64,000 nt of DNA from Pelovirga sp. (GTDB taxonomy: Bacteria; Desulfobacterota; Desulfuromonadia; Desulfuromonadales; Geopsychrobacteraceae). This document shows, piece after piece, positions 58,624-64,000 of the stretch. The notes beneath the pieces are model-generated. The model saw only the letters and a program-made list of their open reading frames with translations. It ran no database searches and was not told the DNA's origin. The stretch covers positions 49,878 through 113,877 of the forward strand of contig JAWOFG010000182.1 in the NCBI GenBank assembly GCA_046482365.1, given 5' to 3'. Position numbers and translations under genes: made by a program. Numbering within the stretch: the stretch's first letter is position 1; every line of letters starts with the position of its first letter.

Positions 58624-61317
58624 TCATAACCACAGGCGCGTAAGAAGCTTTTCTGTTTCAACGATAAGAAAAACCGCCATTCCAATTCCCAGAGGAATCA
58701 ACCATTGACCTGCCTCGAGGGGCGCCGAGCCGAACCATATCTGCATAAAGGGAGCATACACAAATAATAATTGAAAGCAGGCCAGAACCGCCACGGCCAC
58801 CCAAGCTGCCGGATTGGCCATGAGGCGACTGATTTTGAGACTGGTTCGTTTGAGATAGCGGCTGTTGAACAGATAAAATACCTGACCACAGACCAGGGTG
58901 TTGACTGCCAGAGTCCGAGCATATTCGAGGGAGGTTCCCTGGTTTCTTTCGTAAAGGAAAACCGCAATCGTTGCACCACCGATCAGCAACGAAACAGAAA
59001 TGATGCGCCAGACAAAAAATGCACCGAGAATCGATGTTCCCGGCTCTCGCGGAGGTCGTTCCATGACCCCCGGCTCTGCCGGTTCAAAGGCTAGAGCCAG
59101 GGCCAGGGTTACCGCTGTAACCATGTTGACCCAGAGGATCTGTACCGGGGTCAGGGGCAGGGCCAGCCCGAAAAGGATGGCCGTAAGGATGACCAGGGCT
59201 TCGGCACCGTTAGTGGGTAGAATGAACAGGATCGCTTTGCGCAGGTTATCGTAGATGGTGCGGCCTTCTTTGATGGCCTTTTCGATAGAGGTGAAGTTAT
59301 CGTCAGCAAGAACCACCTCGGCAGCTTCCTTGGTTGCTTCTGTTCCCTTGATTCCCATGGCAATGCCGACATCAGCGCGCTTCAGGGCGGGAGCATCGTT
59401 GACACCGTCACCAGTCATCGCCACCACGTCACCGCTTGACTGCAGAGCCTTGACCAGCCGCAGCTTATGTTCAGGGCTTGTGCGGGCGAAAATATTGTTG
59501 TCTCTGGCTATCTGGACCAGCTCCTGATCTGAAGCCTTTTCCAATTCGGTCCCGGTAGTGACCCGGTCTGCGTTTTTAATGCCCATTTCCCGGCCGATAG
59601 CAGCAGCGGTCCCGGCGTGGTCACCGGTGATCATTTTTACCTTGATACCGGCATCATGGCAGATCTTAATGGAGTTGATGGCTTCGGGGCGTGGCGGATC
59701 AATGATACCTACCAGTCCGAGAAAGGTTAAGTCAGAATCAAGGTCGCTCATTTCAAGGGTCTTTTGTCCCTCTTTAGCAGGACACGTGGCCGCCGCCAGA
59801 ACCCGCAGGCCCTCACCGCTTAACTGCTCGACCTGATCCAGCCAGAATTCACGATCAAGAGAATGATCGCCATTGGCGGTGCTGCGTTGGGAACTTGAAA
59901 GGTCGAGCAGTTGATCCGGCGCTCCCTTTATAAAGATCCTCAGTTCCCCGTCGGGAACACGGTTGAGGGTCGCCATGAACTTGTTTTGGGATTCAAACGG
60001 AACCGTGGCGATGCGCTCGTAGCTGTCCTCATCAAAATCAGTTTTGGCGGCCAGGGTACGAAGCGACCCTTCTGTTGGTTCCCCTCGAACTTGCCACTGT
60101 CCGTCTTTCTCAACGATCTGTGAATCGTTACAGATTGCCATGGCCTCAATCAAGTTAAAAAGATCCTGATGCTCTTTCAGCCTGACCGGGTCATCCTCCC
60201 GGATAACTTCGCCCTCCGGGGCATAGCCGGTACCACTGACATCGTAGCTGTTGTCGACCACGACCAGACGACGGGCCGTCATCTCGTTGCGGGTCAGGGT
60301 GCCGGTTTTGTCCGCGCAGATAACCGTCACCGAGCCCAACGTCTCGATGGCATTAAGTTTGCGGGTAATGGCGTTAAGCCGGGCCATGCGTTGGACCCCG
60401 AGGGCGAGGGTGATGGTGAAGATGGCGGGCAGACCTTCCGGTATAGCGGCAACACCGAAGCCGATGGCTGACATAAAGAGCTCACCAACTGTATATTCAT
60501 GAAAAAACCAGCCGATAAACCAGATGCTTACAGCCATGCCGATAATAACTATCGACAAGCGTTTGCCAAAGGTATCCATCTGGCGGGTCAGGGGGGTGGC
60601 GATTTTTTCAACCTCGGCAATCATTGTGTTGATGCGGCCGATTTCGGTGTTCAGGCCGGTTGCGGTAATGACGCCGATGCCACGACCGGTGGTAACCATG
60701 GTGCCGGAAAAGGCCATTCCTTTGCGATCGCCGATACCAGCGTCGGCAGCGACCACTGAGGTGGATTTATCAACTGCCATCGACTCACCGGTCAGGGCCG
60801 ACTCTTCAATTTGCAGGTGGGTCGTTTCAATCAGACGCATATCAGCAGGCACGCGGTTGCCGGAACGTAACTTGACACGATCGCCGGGTACCAGCTCTTC
60901 AGCATCGACTTCGACCCACTGATCATCGCGTAAAACCTGAGCCTGGAGTGAGAGCATCTTGCGAATCCCTTCAAGAGCCTCCTCGGCCTTGCCTTCCTGG
61001 ATAAAGCCAATCGTTGCATTGATAATCACTACAGCGAGAATAACGCCGGTATCAATCCAGTGTTCAAGAAGCGCAGTCAACACCGCCGCTGCGAGCAACA
61101 CGTAGATCAGCAGATCATGAAAGTGGATAAAAAAGCGCTTTAAAATTCCGTCTTTTTCCGCAGCCGGAAGGCGGTTGTGACCAACCGCTTCGAGTCGTTT
61201 TTCTGCTTCAGCAGAACTCAGTCCCTTGGCTGGACTGTCAAGCTGCTTGATGATCTCATCGGTGTCGATGTGGTGGGGATTGCTGGTGCTGTAAGGTGTC
61301 TTTTGTTCTGATGACAT
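58624..61317 (-). CDS. Cation-transporting P-type ATPase (P2-type, Ca2+/Mg2+-ATPase-like)
   Basis: An 897-aa protein with TGES, ICADKTGTLT, KGAPD, MITGDH and MTGDGVNDAPALK motifs and a 10-TM layout. Confidence 0.95.
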   Translation of the reverse strand: MSSEQKTPYSTSNPHHIDTDEIIKQLDSPAKGLSSAEAEKRLEAVGHNRLPAAEKDGILKRFFIHFHDLLIYVLLAAAVLTALLEHWIDTGVILAVVIINATIGFIQEGKAEEALEGIRKMLSLQAQVLRDDQWVEVDAEELVPGDRVKLRSGNRVPADMRLIETTHLQIEESALTGESMAVDKSTSVVAADAGIGDRKGMAFSGTMVTTGRGIGVITATGLNTEIGRINTMIAEVEKIATPLTRQMDTFGKRLSIVIIGMAVSIWFIGWFFHEYTVGELFMSAIGFGVAAIPEGLPAIFTITLALGVQRMARLNAITRKLNAIETLGSVTVICADKTGTLTRNEMTARRLVVVDNSYDVSGTGYAPEGEVIREDDPVRLKEHQDLFNLIEAMAICNDSQIVEKDGQWQVRGEPTEGSLRTLAAKTDFDEDSYERIATVPFESQNKFMATLNRVPDGELRIFIKGAPDQLLDLSSSQRSTANGDHSLDREFWLDQVEQLSGEGLRVLAAATCPAKEGQKTLEMSDLDSDLTFLGLVGIIDPPRPEAINSIKICHDAGIKVKMITGDHAGTAAAIGREMGIKNADRVTTGTELEKASDQELVQIARDNNIFARTSPEHKLRLVKALQSSGDVVAMTGDGVNDAPALKRADVGIAMGIKGTEATKEAAEVVLADDNFTSIEKAIKEGRTIYDNLRKAILFILPTNGAEALVILTAILFGLALPLTPVQILWVNMVTAVTLALALAFEPAEPGVMERPPREPGTSILGAFFVWRIISVSLLIGGATIAVFLYERNQGTSLEYARTLAVNTLVCGQVFYLFNSRYLKRTSLKISRLMANPAAWVAVAVLACFQLLFVYAPFMQIWFGSAPLEAGQWLIPLGIGMAVFLIVETEKLLTRLWL

Positions 61318-61454
61318 GGAAAAGCCCCTCTTTCAGAGCTGGTTGGTCAGTTCTCAAAATCAGCATGTGGAGCACGTTGTCGAAGGGAATGATCTCTTCG
61401 GATATTTTAGCAATACGCTTGAGTCTGTCAACCAAACGCCGGTAAGCTTGTTGC

Positions 61455-61988
61455 CTATCTGCCGTAACCGCTACCGATGGCAGAGAAGGGCAGACGTACG
61501 TCGAGGTCGGGAATCTGGCTGATAACCCAGCCGGTGAAGGTATTGCTGTTGGGCCCGGGGAAAACACGATATTCGGTTGGCCATGGATAGCGCTTTGCGA
61601 CCGCGTTGATCTGGTCAATAAGTTCATCAACTTGCTGGCCACGGTAATCTGCCAACAGTTGAGGTCTTTCTCCGTACCAGTGTCGATCCGGTGTGTCAGG
61701 TTCAATCCGCAATACCGGCAGGCCCCGGTTGCCGCGCCAGCCGATGACTTCGTAGACGGTATAATAGGGCTCATCCGTACCTTTGGTCGCAATCCAGGTA
61801 TGAACAGCAAACCAGCCACGCCACCCCCAGGCGCGTGCCGCGTAAACCTGTACCACCGCTTCCCGGCTGTGTGCCGGATCCGGAGCTATCCCTGCCGGTT
61901 CACGACTGGCGGTGCGCCAATCGCCGTCGGAGCAGCCATTCAGTAGCATGAATAGTGTCAGTATTGACAAAAGAACGAGTTTCTTCAT
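61455..61988 (-). CDS. DUF3750-like lipoprotein
   Basis: The start was trimmed to MKKLVLLSILTLFMLLNGC (lipobox). The body VQVYAARAWGWRGWFAVHTWIATK...YEVIGWR resembles DUF3750. Confidence 0.7.
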   Translation of the reverse strand: MKKLVLLSILTLFMLLNGCSDGDWRTASREPAGIAPDPAHSREAVVQVYAARAWGWRGWFAVHTWIATKGTDEPYYTVYEVIGWRGNRGLPVLRIEPDTPDRHWYGERPQLLADYRGQQVDELIDQINAVAKRYPWPTEYRVFPGPNSNTFTGWVISQIPDLDVRLPFSAIGSGYGR

Positions 61989-62140
61989 GATGACAGTGTC
62001 CTTAATCGTTACAAAAAACAGGTTTGAATTCACTATACTCTCGCATGCAGAAGGTTTTGCTGACAAGGGTTAGGATGGTGAAATTACAGACTTACTTTGA
62101 CAGCGTGAGTTCAGCAGACTATCTTTGATTACGAAAAATT

Positions 62141-62284
62141 GTATCTGTTCAGCACCGGATCGGGGTTCCTATGTCAAGGGACGCATTTTCGTCATCCCTG
62201 ACCGCTTGTTGTCGCCGTCCATGGCGACAAACACCGTTGCCACAGCAACACCGATCCTGCACAAGGACAGTGGTGAATAGTTAC
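62141..62284. mobile_element. MITE-like structured repeat, copy B (144 nt), flanked by 8-bp direct repeat GAAAAATT
   Basis: Homologous to 8419-8565. GAAAAATT occurs at 62133-62140 and again at 62285-62292. It lies in a divergent intergenic region. Confidence 0.6.
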
Positions 62285-62328
62285 GAAAAATTTAAGTAAT
62301 GGAATGGATCACATAGAAGGGAAGCTTT

Positions 62329-64000
62329 ATGGGAATTGCCGCTGATATTGTTGTTATTGTAGTCGCCGCATTGATTGGTGGCTTGATTGCCCAGCGTCTG
62401 CGTCAACCACTGATCCTGGGCTACATCCTGGCCGGGGTAGCGATTGGCCCCTTTACTGGTGGCTTATCCATATCGGAAGTTCATGAAATTGAAAAACTCG
62501 CGGAGATTGGCGTTGCCCTGCTGCTGTTTGCTCTGGGGCTGGAATTCTCCCTGAAAGAACTCAAGCCGGTCAAATATGTGGCGTTGATCGGTGCCCCGAT
62601 CCAGATTCTGACTACCGTCGCCTATGGCTACCTGATTGGTCGCTGGTTTGGGTGGGAAATGGGACCGTCCTTGTGGATGGGGGGGCTGATCTCCATTTCC
62701 AGTACCATGGTGATTCTCAAAACCCTGATGGCCCAGGGGATGATGGGCACCCTGTCGAGCCGGGTGATGATCGGGATTCTGATTGTCCAGGATCTGGCGG
62801 TTGTGCCTCTGCTGATTCTGCTGCCGCAAGTCACCAATCCGGCAGCCGGTTTGCCTCTGTTAGGTTGGGCAGTGGTCAAATCCATCATTTTTCTGGCCAT
62901 CATGCTGGTGCTTGGCACCCGCTTGTTGCCATTTTTGTTGATGCGGGTGGCACGCTGGAACTCCCGCGAACTTTTTCTGCTGACAATCACTGCCATTGGC
63001 CTGGGCATCGGCTATGCCACTTATCTGGTCGGTCTTTCCTTTGCTTTTGGGGCTTTTGTCGCCGGCATGGTGCTCAGTGAATCGGATTACGGCCATCAGG
63101 CATTAAGCGACATTATCCCGCTGCGTGACCTGTTTGGTCTGCTGTTTTTCACCTCCGTCGGTATGCTGCTCAATCCCCAGTTTCTGATTGAAAACTGGTT
63201 CGTGGTCCTCAAACTGGTGATGCTGGTAGCGGTTGGTAAGGCATTGATCCTGGCAATCATTGTCCGCGGATTTGGTTATGGCAACGTCGTGCCGCTGGCG
63301 GTGGCCCTGGGGATGTTCCAGATCGGCGAATTTTCCTTCGTCCTGGGGCAAGTTGGCTTTGCCGGCGGTTTCTTAAGTATCGAGCAGCACTCTTTTTTAC
63401 TCTCTGCTACGATCATCAGCATGTTGATGACACCCCTGGTCTCGGGGTGTACGGCTCCCTTGTATCGCTTGCAGCAACGTTTGTTCCAGCGTGAAAAACT
63501 CGAATCCTTCAACCTTCCTCCCGAAGGATTGCACGATCATGTGGTGATCGCCGGCGGCGGCCAGGTGGGTCAGGGCGTGGCTCATATCCTGACCAAGCTG
63601 GACGTGCCTTTTGTGGTGGTCGAGCTGGCTCAGAATTCGATCAAGGAGTGCCAAAAACAGGGGTATCCGGTCATCTTCGGTGATGCCGGGCAACCTGTGG
63701 TGCTCGAGGCAGCCAATCTGGCCGAGGCCAAACAGCTCCTGATTACCGTGCCGAATATTGTGACCACCGAAGCGATCGTCCGTCATGTCCATCTCAATTT
63801 TCCCGACTTGAGTATGGTTGTTCGCGCCGTCGGTGCTGAGCAGATGAAGGCACTCTATGATGATGGCGTCTATATGGTTATCAATCCTGAACTGGAAGCG
63901 GGCCTCGAAATTGGTCGGCAGGCTCTGTTGAATCTCAATATTCCGGTACCGCTGATTCAAAAATTTACCGATGATGCGCGGCGTGAACGCTATTACGGAG
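62329..64000 (+). CDS. Monovalent cation:proton antiporter-2 (CPA2, KefB/KefC-like) with C-terminal RCK/TrkA-N domain; partial, runs off the right edge
   Basis: Absent from the ORF track because it has no stop in the window. The ATG at 62329 follows AGAAGGGAAG. The translation [41 protein letters not shown]... shows a 12-13 TM Na_H_exchanger fold, then [14 protein letters not shown] (Rossmann/RCK). Confidence 0.9.
   Translation, partial: MGIAADIVVIVVAALIGGLIAQRLRQPLILGYILAGVAIGPFTGGLSISEVHEIEKLAEIGVALLLFALGLEFSLKELKPVKYVALIGAPIQILTTVAYGYLIGRWFGWEMGPSLWMGGLISISSTMVILKTLMAQGMMGTLSSRVMIGILIVQDLAVVPLLILLPQVTNPAAGLPLLGWAVVKSIIFLAIMLVLGTRLLPFLLMRVARWNSRELFLLTITAIGLGIGYATYLVGLSFAFGAFVAGMVLSESDYGHQALSDIIPLRDLFGLLFFTSVGMLLNPQFLIENWFVVLKLVMLVAVGKALILAIIVRGFGYGNVVPLAVALGMFQIGEFSFVLGQVGFAGGFLSIEQHSFLLSATIISMLMTPLVSGCTAPLYRLQQRLFQREKLESFNLPPEGLHDHVVIAGGGQVGQGVAHILTKLDVPFVVVELAQNSIKECQKQGYPVIFGDAGQPVVLEAANLAEAKQLLITVPNIVTTEAIVRHVHLNFPDLSMVVRAVGAEQMKALYDDGVYMVINPELEAGLEIGRQALLNLNIPVPLIQKFTDDARRERYYG

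Noticed and set aside
61256-61819. 187-aa minus-strand ORF overlapping the DUF3750-like gene in another frame
   Set aside because: The alternative frame (61455-61988) begins with a clean lipoprotein signal and has family-like W/G-rich motifs. This frame has neither.

Overview
The window reads as an ordinary chromosomal region from a Desulfuromonadales-type (Geobacter/Desulfuromonas/Pelobacter-like) deltaproteobacterium. The taxon call is an inference from gene content and from icd-mdh-korDABC synteny. About 50 protein genes are supportable. They include a partial biotin carboxylase plus carboxyltransferase, YgiQ, cytochrome bd oxidase cydAB, flavocytochrome c sulfide dehydrogenase fccAB and a TolC-MFP-RND efflux operon. 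Housekeeping genes present are ilvA, dcd, pepN, fbp, comEC, hisS and aspS. There is a TCA-cycle cluster (monomeric icd, mdh, korDABC, acnB), a P-type ATPase and a partial KefB-like antiporter. No rRNA, tRNA, CRISPR array or transposase gene was seen. Several things are missed by plain ORF calling: (1) a HesB-like gene that is only open if an in-frame TGA is read as selenocysteine; (2) a GEMM-I cyclic-dinucleotide riboswitch plus terminator in front of a diguanylate cyclase, carrying the adenine variant associated with 3',3'-cGAMP sensing; (3) a REC-GGDEF protein with the Ser-for-Asp substitution typical of Hypr (cGAMP-producing) GGDEF enzymes; (4) two copies of a ~145-nt structured MITE-like element with 8-bp target-site duplications and a fully compensated variable stem; (5) a shared 17-bp palindrome over the icd and acnB promoters; (6) a GGTAGTG x6 G-quadruplex-type microsatellite on the stop codon of a histidine kinase. 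The most system-like uncharacterised locus is at 52.1-57.7 kb on the minus strand. It holds a translationally coupled AAA+ ATPase / DUF2201-type vWA protein / 136-aa unknown protein operon, next to a pseudo-receiver HDOD protein and an HTH-fused HipA-like protein whose catalytic aspartates appear substituted.
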